From an uncultured Thermoleophilia bacterium (GTDB lineage Bacteria; Actinomycetota; Thermoleophilia; UBA2241), in assembly GCA_963814545.1 (NCBI GenBank), contig CAWFDC010000015.1:75565-139564 (forward strand): a stretch of DNA of 64,000 nucleotides, given 5' to 3'. The notes below the pieces were generated by a model. It was given only the letters and a program-made list of their open reading frames with translations. It ran no database searches and was not told where the DNA came from. Numbering within the stretch: position 1 is the first letter of the stretch; each line of letters begins with the position of its first letter. The position numbers were made by a program, and so were the translations under genes. Below, in pieces: positions 51,001 through 59,545 of the stretch.

Positions 51001-52533
51001 GACCCCGTCGAGCTCCGCAGCGAAGTCGTCGACGATCGCCTGACCGATGGCGAAGATGACGGTGTCGCAGGCCAGTTCGACGAAGGCGTCCGGGATCGGC
51101 TCTGGGCGCCGACGGCCCTTCTCGTCGGGCTCGCCGAGACGCATGCGCTGGAGCTTGATGCCGCTGACCTTGCCGTCGCGGCCGAGGATCTCTTCGGGGG
51201 CGACCAGGTACTCGATGGCGAGCTGCTCGTCGACGCCCTCCTCGACCTCCTCGGGGCTGGCGGGCATCTCGTCTCGCGTGCGCCGGTAAGCGATGGTCAC
51301 GGCGGGGACCTTGCCCGACACTGACGTGAGACGCAACGCGGTCCGCGCGGTGTCGAAGGCCACGTCGCCGCCGCCGATGACGACCACGCGATCGCCGACC
51401 GACAGCGGGTCGTCGAGGTTCGCGTGGCGCAGGAACTCGACCGCGCTGAGGCAGCCCTCGAGGTCGTCGCCCCTGACCGGCGACGGCGCGTTCGTCTGCA
51501 GGCCGGCGGCGAGGTAGACGGCCTGGTAGCCGTCGTCGAGCAGGCCGTCGACGGTGAAGTCCACGCCGGCGCGCTGGCTGAGGCGCAGATCGACGCCGAG
51601 TGCCACGATCTGGTCGATCTCGCGCTGCAGGACCTCGCGCGGCAGGCGGTGGTCGGGGATGCCGACGCGCAGCATGCCTCCGGCCACCGGCAGGGCCTCG
51701 AAGACGGTGGTCGCGTAGCCCAGTTTGGCGAGGTCGCGGGCGCAGGAGAGCCCGGACGGCCCGCCGCCGACGATGGCGACCTTCTCGTCGTAGGTGACGG
51801 GCAGCTTCTCGGGCAGCTCCGTCGGGCCGGCGACGTCACAGACGAAGCGCTTGAGGCTGGCGATCGAGATGGGGTCGTCGACCGAGCCGCGCGTGCAGGC
51901 CGTCTCGCAGGGGTGCGCGCAGACTCGGCCGCAGACCGACGGGAACGGGTTGGGCTCGGCGGCGACACGGTAGGCGTCTGCGAAGCGACCCTCGGCGATG
52001 AGGGCGATGTAGCCCTGGGCCGAGGTCTCGACCGGGCAGGTGCTCTTGCAGGGCGCGTACCCCTTCTTGTCGACCACGTAAGTGGCGGGGATCGCCTGCG
52101 GGTAGAGCTTGTAGATCGCCGTGCGCTCGCCGAGCTCCTCGTTGTACTGGTCCTTGACCGTGACCGGGCACACCGGCACGCACTCGCCGCAGCTCGTGCA
52201 CTTGTCGGGGTCGACGAAACGGGCGTGGTGGTAGACCTTGGCGGTGAAGTGGCCGGGCTCGCCTTCGAGCCCGATCAGCTCCGAGTTGGTGACGATATCG
52301 ATGTTGAGGTGGCGGCCGGCCTCGACGAGCTTCGGCGCCAGGGTGCACATGGAGCAGTCGTTGGTGGGGAACGTCTTGTCGAGCTGGGCCATGTGCCCGC
52401 CCAGGGCCGGAGCCTTCTCGACGAGGTGCACCTTGTACCCGCCTTCGGCGAGGTCGAGAGCACACTGGATGCCCGCGACACCGCCACCGCAGACGAGGGC
52501 AGCACCGGTGGTCTTGGGGGGTGGACCCGGCAT
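48088..52533 (-). CDS. hdrA: Giant HdrA-family flavoprotein (1481 aa): HdrA interrupted by a GltD/NfnB-like NAD(P)H module, followed by a second HdrA-like unit (HdrL-type architecture)
   Basis: N-terminal HdrA LVCGGGVAGIQCALDLAEGG, NDCSMCTL, CTSCGECVPVCP. Insert CKSTCPVETSAQGYI, CGRVCAHPCETAC, VAIVGGGPSGLSCA, VVVIGGGDVAFD, GVFAGGDV. Return to HdrA CLQCAVCSECLECVRAC, FIQCVGSRD, VFVCHCGSNIAG. Second unit LVIGGGVAGMTAA, FVLCAGSLDEHKPYCSRTCC, CAACLTCVRICP, CQGCGVCVSECP. Confidence 0.9.
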   Translation of the reverse strand: MPGPPPKTTGAALVCGGGVAGIQCALDLAEGGYKVHLVEKAPALGGHMAQLDKTFPTNDCSMCTLAPKLVEAGRHLNIDIVTNSELIGLEGEPGHFTAKVYHHARFVDPDKCTSCGECVPVCPVTVKDQYNEELGERTAIYKLYPQAIPATYVVDKKGYAPCKSTCPVETSAQGYIALIAEGRFADAYRVAAEPNPFPSVCGRVCAHPCETACTRGSVDDPISIASLKRFVCDVAGPTELPEKLPVTYDEKVAIVGGGPSGLSCARDLAKLGYATTVFEALPVAGGMLRVGIPDHRLPREVLQREIDQIVALGVDLRLSQRAGVDFTVDGLLDDGYQAVYLAAGLQTNAPSPVRGDDLEGCLSAVEFLRHANLDDPLSVGDRVVVIGGGDVAFDTARTALRLTSVSGKVPAVTIAYRRTRDEMPASPEEVEEGVDEQLAIEYLVAPEEILGRDGKVSGIKLQRMRLGEPDEKGRRRPEPIPDAFVELACDTVIFAIGQAIVDDFAAELDGVEIERGTVKTDPATMATGRPGVFAGGDVAPTGPLTAIEAIAAGRKGAAAIHNHLRGEKLVALWEDPLPEARPDDETLAATAPAPRVRMPEHDGAERRRSWVEVRRGYTEAQAIAEAKRCLQCAVCSECLECVRACGPGALLHEERDRELEIDVGAVVLATGYDAHDPGAKSEYGYRRYPNVLSALEYERMLSASGPTVGDVKRPSDGGHPKKVAFIQCVGSRDQEHEYCSSVCCMFANKQAMLTMDHVADCEPTVFLMDMRAQGKGFDDFYQRAVDRGVKFLRSRPSTIKEDPKTGDLLITWEDESGDMRTSRFDMVVLSVGLEPARKAQEAAGHLGIALNRHGFCELDEFEPLATSRKGVFVAGPFGEPKDIPDSVAQASAAAAQVMTGLADSRDTLTVEREYPAERAVSEEEPRIGVFVCHCGSNIAGVIGVESVADYAQQLPGVEFATDTLYTCSSDSLSLIKEKIEEHQLNRVVVASCTPRTHEPIFQDTLREAGLNPFLFEMANIRDQASWVHANEPEKATDKAKDLVRMSVARARMLEPLYKVDVPLTHAALVIGGGVAGMTAAAALGEMGHEVHLVERSPRLGGHVLELGRTIRGGDPTALVAQLEQRLIDNPNVRIHLESELVDFHGFIGNFSSVVKAKDGARTPVDHGVVVVATGSHEDRPELFGLGTSPKVVTGMELERMLKDEDPALHAAGAVGFVLCAGSLDEHKPYCSRTCCQQSIKNAIALKEKDPDRPVYVWFKEVRTFGLLEEYYTRARELGVVFTRYDDDSKPVVSANGRVEVAYRDPFLRRDITLPVDLLVLATPAVPAEGGEALSKLLKVPLTADGFYLEAHVKLRPVDFSSEGLFLAGAAHYPKSIDETISQAYAAAGRAAAILAKPALKAGGVVAEVDQEKCAACLTCVRICPYEVPIIEADTKKAKIEAAACQGCGVCVSECPVKAITLHHYTDAQVFAKEEALFMEVS

Positions 52534-52814
52534 AGGCGAACTCCTTCGACGAGCGAGCGGCTGGCCAAGAAACGTGGGTGATCGCAGACTCCGCGACCCA
52601 CTGGGATGTGGCTCAAGTATAGCCGAGCGCTCGCGCCTTCGTCCACAAGCGGACCGAGTTTCTGAGGAGCCTCGTCAAGGGGGTTGAGTGTACGGGGACG
52701 CTCCGACGAATCCGGGCCTCCGCCGGGCTCCGGGAGCACCTATGATTGAGCCGCGAAGGGCGCCCGGCGCCCGGCGGCGGCCGCACGAGCAAGAGACCGA
52801 AAGGCAGGCCCTTG

Positions 52815-54360
52815 ATGACGACTCCAGCCACGCCCGGCCCTCCGGCCGAAGGGGTGGACCCGCCTCGGCCCGGCCCGGCCGGAGACGCCGACCCGCCGGC
52901 ACTCGGCCCGGCCAGATCAGCCGACCCGCTCGGGTTCGACCCGGCCGGATCAGCCGACCCGCTCGGGTTCGACCCGGCCGGATCAGCCGACCCGCTTGGG
53001 TTCGACCCGGCCGAGATGCGCCGCCTGGGTCACTGGGTGGTCGACCGCGTGATCGAGCACCTCGAGGGCCTGCCTCAGCAGCCGGCGGTGCGGACCGGCG
53101 CGCCCGCCGAGCTGGAGGCGGCCCTCGGCGGCCCGCCGCCGGAGAAGGGCGGCGACGCGCGCGAGGCGCTCGAGCTGCTGACCGAGGTCGCGCTCGCACA
53201 CATGCAGCACGGCGACCACCCGCGGTACTTCGCCCGCGTGCCCAGCCCAGCGTCTTTTCGCCGCCGTGCTCGGCGACTGGCTGGGTACGGGGTTCAACGC
53301 GATCGCCGCCTCGTGGAGCGGGGGCTCCGGGCCGACGACCGTCGAGCTCGTCGCGCTGGAGTGGCTGCGCGAGCTGACGGGTCTGCCCCCGGGCACGGAG
53401 GGGATCATGACGAGCGGCGGCTCGGCGGCGAACCTGACGGCGCTGGCCGCGGCGCGGGCGATCGAGGGGCCGGGGGTCTGCTATCTCTCCGACCAGACCC
53501 ACGCGTCGATCGCCCGCGGGCTGCGGGTGCTGGGCTTCCCGCCCGAGCACATCCGCGTGCTGCCCTCCGACGAGGGCCTACGCCTGCCGCTCGAGCCCCT
53601 CGCCGCCGCGGTGCGCGCCGATGCGGCCGCCGGCCGCCGGCCGGGCTTCGTCGTCGCCACGGCCGGTACCACGAACACCGGCGCCGTCGACCCCCTGCCG
53701 GAGCTCGCCGGACTCTGCCGGTCAGAGGGGCTGTGGCTGCACGTCGATGGGGCCTACGGCGCCGCGGCCGTCCTCTGCGACGCCGGCCGACGTCGGCTCG
53801 CCGGCGTCGAGCGCGCCGACTCGCTGGTGCTCGACCCGCACAAGTGGCTCTTCCAGCCGTACGACCTCGGCTGCGTCTTCGTGTCGCGCCCGGGCGTGCT
53901 CGAGCGCGCCTTCACGATGACACCCGAGTATCTCGCCGACGTGACGGGGTCGGGGGGCGAGGTCGACCTGCGCGACCGCGGCCTCGAGTTGTCGCGCCGC
54001 GCACGCGGGCTCAAGCTCTGGCTGACCTTCCGCGTGTACGGGGTGGCGCGGCTGCGCGCCGCCGTCGCGCACGGGATCGCCCTCGCCGAGCACGCCGAGC
54101 GGCTGCTGGCGGCCGACCCGCGCTGGGAGGTGGTGACGCCGGCGTCGCTCGGTATCGTCACCTTCGCCCTGCGTGGAGCGGGGCCCGAGGAGCACCAGGC
54201 TCGCGCCGCCGAGCTCGCGCGCGGCGGGTACGCGGCGGTGACCAGCACGCGCGTGCAGGGTCGCCCGGTGGTGCGGCTCTGCACCATCAACCCGCGCACG
54301 ACGCCCGACGACATCGCGGGGACGCTGGCCCGCCTGGGGGTGAGCCTCGGGGACGTCTGA
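52815..54360 (+). pseudogene. Group II PLP-dependent amino-acid decarboxylase (aromatic-amino-acid/diaminobutyrate decarboxylase family); one frameshift at a T4 run, tandem repeat in the N-terminus
   Basis: N-terminal part in the ORF 52746 frame (DPAEMRRLGHWVVDRVIEHLEGL, HPRYFARVPSP). The rest is in ORF 53266..54360 (MTSGGSAANLTALAAAR, HVDGAYGAAA, DPHKWLFQPYDLG with the PLP lysine). The frames join if TTTT at 53255-53258 is read as TTT. Confidence 0.8.
52915..53013 (+). repeat. In-frame 33-bp tandem repeat x3 inside the decarboxylase N-terminus
   Basis: GATCAGCCGACCCGCTCGGGTTCGACCCGGCCG x3 (one mismatch in copy 3), encoding (G)SADPLGFDPA three times. Confidence 0.9.
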
Positions 54361-54489
54361 GCGACGGCGTGCGAGGGGGTGTCCGGCCCCGAGCCGGCCC
54401 GGCGCGGCCGCCTCGGCGACGCGCGAGCGGCTGGCCGGCCCAGCAGTGGCCCGGCGCGGCCGCACCGGCAGCGGCCCGGCGCGGCCGGG

Positions 54490-55284
54490 TCAGCGGCGGT
54501 CCGGTGCCCGGCCCAGCGTCGTCAGGTAGAGGACCGGCTCCTCGGGCGCGCCGACACCGACCAGCGCGTCGGCCTCGTCGTCGTAGATCGCCGCGATGTG
54601 ACAGCTCTCGAGCCCGAGTGCGGTGGCGGCCAGGGCGAGGTTCTCGGCGATGTGGCCGACGTCGATGTACACGTAGCGGTGGCCGCGCTGCCCGTACTTC
54701 CACATGGTGCGCGGCAGCACGGCGGACCACACCACGAGGCAGTCGCAGAGGCCGGCGATGTCCTGGTCGAGCGCGGCCGCGACGGCGCGACGGCGGAGCT
54801 CGGGCGCCGGCGCCGTCTCGAGCTGCTCGAGGGCGTGGTCGAGGACGGCGTAGTGGTAGACCCCCGTCTCGAGGCCCTCGGCCCGATGCGCGACGAGGTA
54901 GGTCTCGATGGGGTAGAGGCCACCGGCGGAGGGCGCCGTGCGGAAGGCAAAGCCGTCGGCTACCCGGCTGACGCCGCAGGCCGCCCAGAGCACGGCGCCG
55001 AGCTCGGCGAGAGTGAGCGGCGCCCCTCCGTAGCTGCGACCGCTGTGGCGGTCGCGGAGCGCCCGCCACAGCGAGGCCTCCGGGTACTCGGGCGCCGGCG
55101 TCGCCGCGCCGGCGGTCTTCGCCGCGCCGGCGCGCGCGCCGGGAGGCGGCGGCAGCGTGACGCGCGGCGCCCCCGGGTAGACCTTGAACGGTTCCGGTCG
55201 CGCCGCCCAGTCCAGCCATCCGCCGGGCAGCGCGTCGCGGCGGTACCGCGTCTGCCGCTGGAATTCGTCGCCGATGCCGGCCAC
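54490..55284 (-). CDS. SagB/ThcOx-type dehydrogenase (nitroreductase superfamily)
   Basis: RSYGGAPLTLAELGAVLWAACG, TAPSAGGLYPIETYL, and VYIDVGHIAENLALAATALGL at the C-terminus. Confidence 0.7.
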   Translation of the reverse strand: MAGIGDEFQRQTRYRRDALPGGWLDWAARPEPFKVYPGAPRVTLPPPPGARAGAAKTAGAATPAPEYPEASLWRALRDRHSGRSYGGAPLTLAELGAVLWAACGVSRVADGFAFRTAPSAGGLYPIETYLVAHRAEGLETGVYHYAVLDHALEQLETAPAPELRRRAVAAALDQDIAGLCDCLVVWSAVLPRTMWKYGQRGHRYVYIDVGHIAENLALAATALGLESCHIAAIYDDEADALVGVGAPEEPVLYLTTLGRAPDRR

Positions 55285-55537
55285 GTCGCCTCCTCGTCGC
55301 CTGCGCGTCAGCTACCCGCGGCGCGCCGATGTCAGTCACGCGCCGAGAGACGCCAGCCGCCGCCGGCCGCGGCGGGGTCCGCGGCGGCCGTGACAGTGCG
55401 GCCAACGACGGCTGCCGATTTGGCCGCGGGGCGCAGTACGGCCGGCACGCCCCTCCCACACTCATCTGATACGCTTCTGCGCCGCACCCCGTAGTCCCAT
55501 TGTCTACATCAGCGTGAGCCGAAGGGTGGTCGATAGC

Positions 55538-56821
55538 ATGGGTGTGAAGGAACAGTATCGCGACTACGTCATGACCGGGTTCGTCAAACGGGTCGAGCCG
55601 GTGGTCGCGGACCGCGGCGACGGGGCCCTGCTCTACGACGCCGACGGCACCGAGTACATCGACTGCTTCGCCGGCATCAGCGTCACCAACGCCGGCCACC
55701 GCAACGCGAAGGTGCTCGAGGCCGCCAAGGCCCAGGCCGACAAGCTGGTCCACGCCTGCTCGTACGTGTACCACGTGCCCAGCGTCGGCGCCCTGGCCGA
55801 GAAGCTCGCCGAGATCACCCCCGGCGCGCTGCAGAAGAGCTTCTTCGGCAACGGCGGCGCCGAGGCCATCGAGGGCGCCTTCCGCCTGGCCAAGCGCTAC
55901 AGCGGCAAGCGCGAGTTCCTGGCCATCGAGTCGAGCTTCCACGGCCGCTCGTTCGCGACGCTGTCGGTGACCGGCAACTCGGGGCGCAAGAAGGGCGGCG
56001 GCCCCTACATGCCGGGCGTCGCCTACGTGCCCACCCCGTACTGCTACCGCTGCTTCGCCGAGACCACGCCCGACAAGTGCGACCTGCTCTGCGCGCGTCG
56101 CGTCGCCGAGGTCTCGCGGCTGCACCTCTCGGGCGACGTCTGCGCCTTCATCGCCGAGCCGGTGATGGGCGAGGGCGGCATCATCACCCCGCCCGACGGC
56201 TACTTCAAGCGCGTCAAGGAGTATCTCGACGAGGACGGCATCCTGTTCATCGCCGACGAGGTCCAGAGCGGCTTCGGCCGTACGGGCAAGATGTTCGCCA
56301 TCGAGCACTACGGCGTCGAGCCCGACATCATGACCATGGCCAAGGGCATCGCCGACGGCTGGCCGCTCTCGGCCTTCATCGCCAGGCCCGAGATCGCCGA
56401 CGCCTTCCAGATCGGCGACCACCTCTCGACCTTCGGCGGCAACCCGGTGTCGTGTGCCGCCTCCCTGGCCAACATCGAGTTCCTGCAGGACGGCGTCGTC
56501 GAGGCGTCGGCCAAGAAGGGCGAGGCTCTCATGGCCCGCTTCCGTGAGCTGCAGAAGACGCAGCCGCTGATCGGCGACGTGCGCGGCAAGGGCCTCATGA
56601 TCGGCGTCGAGCTGATCGCCGACCCGCAGACCAAGGCGTACGGCACGGCCGCGGCGGCGTTCACACGCCAGTACTGCCTCGACCACAACGTGCTCATCGG
56701 CGTCGGCGGCAACTTCGGCAGCGTGCTGCGCGTGCAGCCGCCGCTGGTCATCGACGAGGCGCAGATCGACACCGTGTTCGCGACCATCGCCGAGGCCCTG
56801 GAGGCCTACGCGAAGCAGTGA
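55538..56821 (+). CDS. Class III PLP-dependent aminotransferase (acetylornithine/GABA/diaminobutyrate aminotransferase family)
   Basis: DADGTEYIDCFAGISVTNAGH, FFGNGGAEAIEGAFRLA, FHGRS, FIAEPVMGEGG, FIADEVQSGFGRTGKMF, DIMTMAKGI and STFGGNP. Confidence 0.9.
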   Translation: MGVKEQYRDYVMTGFVKRVEPVVADRGDGALLYDADGTEYIDCFAGISVTNAGHRNAKVLEAAKAQADKLVHACSYVYHVPSVGALAEKLAEITPGALQKSFFGNGGAEAIEGAFRLAKRYSGKREFLAIESSFHGRSFATLSVTGNSGRKKGGGPYMPGVAYVPTPYCYRCFAETTPDKCDLLCARRVAEVSRLHLSGDVCAFIAEPVMGEGGIITPPDGYFKRVKEYLDEDGILFIADEVQSGFGRTGKMFAIEHYGVEPDIMTMAKGIADGWPLSAFIARPEIADAFQIGDHLSTFGGNPVSCAASLANIEFLQDGVVEASAKKGEALMARFRELQKTQPLIGDVRGKGLMIGVELIADPQTKAYGTAAAAFTRQYCLDHNVLIGVGGNFGSVLRVQPPLVIDEAQIDTVFATIAEALEAYAKQ

Positions 56822-56862
56822 GACGGGGGCGCGGCCGCCGGCACGGCGGCGGCGCCTGACGA

Positions 56863-56912
56863 GAGACGCGGCGGGGGCCGGGCGCGGGAGCGCCCGGCCC
56901 CCGCCGCGTCTC
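56863..56912. terminator. Long GC hairpin between convergent genes (bidirectional terminator candidate)
   Basis: GAGACGCGGCGGGGGCCGGGCG - CGGGAG - CGCCCGGCCCCCGCCGCGTCTC, a perfect 22-bp stem. Confidence 0.5.
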
Positions 56913-57010
56913 GTCTCCGTGACGCCCGGCGGCGGCTCGTGCGGCCGCTTGGGCGATAGGTCCCGGCGGGCGGATGGCTTCACCTCACGCGACCGCCGGG
57001 CCGCGACGCC

Positions 57011-57337
57011 TCAGGCGGCCGCCGTGCGCGGGGCGTCCTCCTCCTCGTACACGAACGCCGCGCCGAGTTCGCGGAGCGAGAAGTTGAGGAAGATGCGGTG
57101 GCCGTCGAAATCGAGCACGCGCATGTCGTCGCTCGTCTCCAGGTCGGCGACGATGTCGCGGTAGGTGGAGCCGTACAGGTCTTTGCAGCGGTCGATGGGG
57201 ATCTCGTAGGCGATGAACTTGCGCAGCCCCTTGGCGCGAAGCTTGGCGACGAGCTCCGGGTGGTCGACGGTCGGGTAGGAGCTGAGGATCAGCAACGGAC
57301 CGGTGCCCGAGAACACGAGCACGCCTCTCATGGTCAT
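57011..57337 (-). CDS. Hypothetical cytosolic protein (108 aa)
   Basis: Only the 3' third of supplied ORF 57011..57859 looks coding. ATG 57337 follows GGGAGGGGG. MTMRGVLVFSGTGPLLILSSYPTVDHPELVAKLRAKGLRKFIAYEIPIDRCKDLYG. Confidence 0.5.
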   Translation of the reverse strand: MTMRGVLVFSGTGPLLILSSYPTVDHPELVAKLRAKGLRKFIAYEIPIDRCKDLYGSTYRDIVADLETSDDMRVLDFDGHRIFLNFSLRELGAAFVYEEEDAPRTAAA

Positions 57338-57547
57338 CACCCCCTCCCGTGGACGGGCTCGTACCGGAGCGTTCCCGGCGCGGGGGCAGGCGCAACCGTG
57401 GCGCGCCCGCCGGGACTGCGCTTGGCACCGCAGGGGAGCGGGGAAGAATGGCGAACGAGACGCCGGGCGGCGTCGCCGGCCGTCCGGGCCGGAGTCGCGG
57501 GCCGCGCCCCGGCGGCGGTCACCGAGAGCGTCGAAGAAAGGGGTCCC

Positions 57548-57784
57548 ATGACCGAACGCTCCGAGCGCAGGCCGCGTACGCACGTGCAGTACGGCAGGTT
57601 GATCGCGGTCGCCGTGGTCGTCGTGCTGGTCCTGATCTTCGTCTTCCAGAACACCGAGTCGGCGGAGTTCACCTTCCTCTTCTGGAGCTTCTCGCTGTCC
57701 CTCTGGCTCATGCTCGTCCTCGTCCTCGCCATCGGGATCGCCGCGGGCTGGACGCTCTCGGTCTCGCGGCGCCGCCGGCGCTGA
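57548..57784 (+). CDS. LapA/DUF1049-like small two-helix membrane protein
   Basis: 78 aa: YGRLIAVAVVVVLVLIFVFQNTESAEFTFLFWSFSLSLWLMLVLVLAIGIAAGW, basic C-terminus. Confidence 0.55.
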   Translation: MTERSERRPRTHVQYGRLIAVAVVVVLVLIFVFQNTESAEFTFLFWSFSLSLWLMLVLVLAIGIAAGWTLSVSRRRRR

Positions 57785-57967
57785 GGCGCGAGGGGCGTCG
57801 CACCGACGGCGGCGGGGGCGGGCTCCCGCATGGGAGCCCGCCCCCGCCGCCGTCGTCATCGAGGAAGCCTCCGCGGCCGTGGCCGCTCGGACGCCGCTCG
57901 CCTCGGGCCGCCGCGCGGCCTCAGACCGGCTCGCGTCCGACCGCCGGCCTCCGTCACGCCGCTCGGC

Positions 57968-58543
57968 TCAGACCGCCGCGTCCCGCTCTCCTCCGCGGCT
58001 CATGCGCCGCAGGGCGAACGCCTCGAAGACGGCGAAGACCCCCCAGATCAGCGCGTTGATGCCGAGCATGACGGCCAGGGCGAAGACGGTGAGCCCCGGA
58101 TACACCAGCGCGATCGCCCCGACGACGGCGATGGCGGCGCCGGCCACGAGCTGCCACACCCACCCCTCGCCGCGGAAGCGCAGGGCCAGCAGCAGGCGCG
58201 CCACGCCCCAGACGATGAACGAGACGCCGAGCACCCAGGCGAGCACGCGCAGGGTGGCGCCGGGCCAGGCGAGGGCGGCGATGCCGCCGGCGATGGCGAC
58301 GATCCCCATGAGGGCGGAGAGCCACCGCGGGTGGATGACCGAGGCGCTGGTCAGGTCGATGATCCCGGCGTACAGCAGGTAGAAGCCGGTCAGCCAGACG
58401 AGGGCGGCGAGCCCGGCGAAGACGTTGCTCAGGACGATGACGCCGAAGACGATCGCTATCAGGCCGGCGATCAGGTAGGCGTACCAGACGCGACCGGCGA
58501 GCTGTCGCGCCGAGCCGTCGCCGCCGCGGGCGGTGTCGTTCAT
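57968..58543 (-). CDS. HdeD/DUF308-family membrane protein
   Basis: Six regularly spaced helices with the repeated pattern typical of DUF308 (YLIAGLIAIVFGVIVL, LVWLTGFYLLYAGIIDL, LMGIVAIAGGIAALAWP, VLGVSFIVWGVARL). Confidence 0.7.
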   Translation of the reverse strand: MNDTARGGDGSARQLAGRVWYAYLIAGLIAIVFGVIVLSNVFAGLAALVWLTGFYLLYAGIIDLTSASVIHPRWLSALMGIVAIAGGIAALAWPGATLRVLAWVLGVSFIVWGVARLLLALRFRGEGWVWQLVAGAAIAVVGAIALVYPGLTVFALAVMLGINALIWGVFAVFEAFALRRMSRGGERDAAV

Positions 58544-58611
58544 GGAGTCCCTCCTGTGCAGGTGTTCGCCGTGGTCCCGGTGTCACTACCATCGTGGTAG
58601 CGGCGGCAAAC

Positions 58612-58689
58612 CTCGGCCCGGGTGACGGTGCTCGGCCCGGGTGACGGCGCTCGGCCCTCGGTGACGACGCTCGGCCCTCGGTGACGGCG
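58612..58689. repeat. 19-20-bp tandem repeat x4 in a divergent promoter region
   Basis: CTCGGCCCGGGTGACGGTG / CTCGGCCCGGGTGACGGCG / CTCGGCCCTCGGTGACGACG / CTCGGCCCTCGGTGACGGCG. Confidence 0.85.
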
Positions 58690-58720
58690 CCGTGCCCCGG
58701 GCTCGCGTATCATCCGCGCC

Positions 58721-59434
58721 ATGGACGCGAGCAGGGACCGGTCGTTCGTCGCGCAGCCGCAGCCTGGCGGCGGCGACAGCTCACGCGGGTGGTGGCGCTG
58801 CTCGACGACGCCTACGGGCGCCCGTTGCTCGACGCCGCGCCTGCCGCCGGTGGACGAGCTCGTCTACACGGTCCTCTCGCAGAACACCGCCGACGTCAAC
58901 ACCGACCGTACCTTCGCCGCGCTGCGACGGCGCTTCCCCACGTGGAGCGCCGTCCGCGACGCCCCGGTCGGCGAGGTCGAGGCGGCCATCAGCCTGGGCG
59001 GACTGGCCGCCACCAAGGCGCCGCGGATCAAGGCGATCCTCGCCGCGCTGAGCGCGCCGGGCGAGGCCGCCGAGCCCGACCTCGGCGCGCTCGACGGCCT
59101 CGACGACGAGGCCGCCGCGGCCTGGCTCGAGGCGCTGCCCGGGGTGGGCCCGAAGACGGCCGCCTGCGTCCTGCTCTTCTCCCTCGGGCGGCCGGTCATG
59201 CCGGTCGACACGCACGTGCACCGTCTGGCGCGGCGCCTCGGGCTGATCGACGAGGGCGTCACCGCCGAGCAGGCGCACCCGCTGCTCACCGCGCTGGCGG
59301 GGCCGGAGCCGGCGCAGATCTACGCCGCGCACGTGGACCTGGTGCGTCACGGACGCCGCGTCTGCCACGCGCGCCGGCCGCGCTGCGGCGAGTGCGTGCT
59401 CGCCGGCCTCTGCCCGAGCGCGGGCACCGGCTGA
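58721..59434 (+). pseudogene. nth: Endonuclease III-like HhH-GPD DNA glycosylase with [4Fe-4S] cluster loop; N-terminal region frameshifted
   Basis: VDELVYTVLSQNT, HhH LPGVGPKTAACVLLF, VDTHVHRLARRLGL and CHARRPRCGECVLAGLC. The expected N-terminal helix (RVVALLDDAYGRPLLDAAP) sits in the ORF 58681 frame and joins at the GG at 58849-58850. Confidence 0.75.
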
Positions 59435-59545
59435 GAGGACGGCGGTGCAGCACGGGCGGCAGACGACGACCGGCGGGAGCCGACGGCGGGCGGCGCGCAG
59501 CGCCGCCCGCCGACGCCTCAGAGCGGCAGCCGCCTCGCCGCCGCC

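Noticed and set aside
57338-57859. The N-terminal 174 codons of ORF 57011..57859 as part of a 282-aa protein.
   Set aside because: The upstream part is low-complexity and overlaps the plus-strand LapA-like gene. A strong Shine-Dalgarno (GGGAGGGGG) precedes the internal ATG at 57337, where ordinary protein-like sequence begins.
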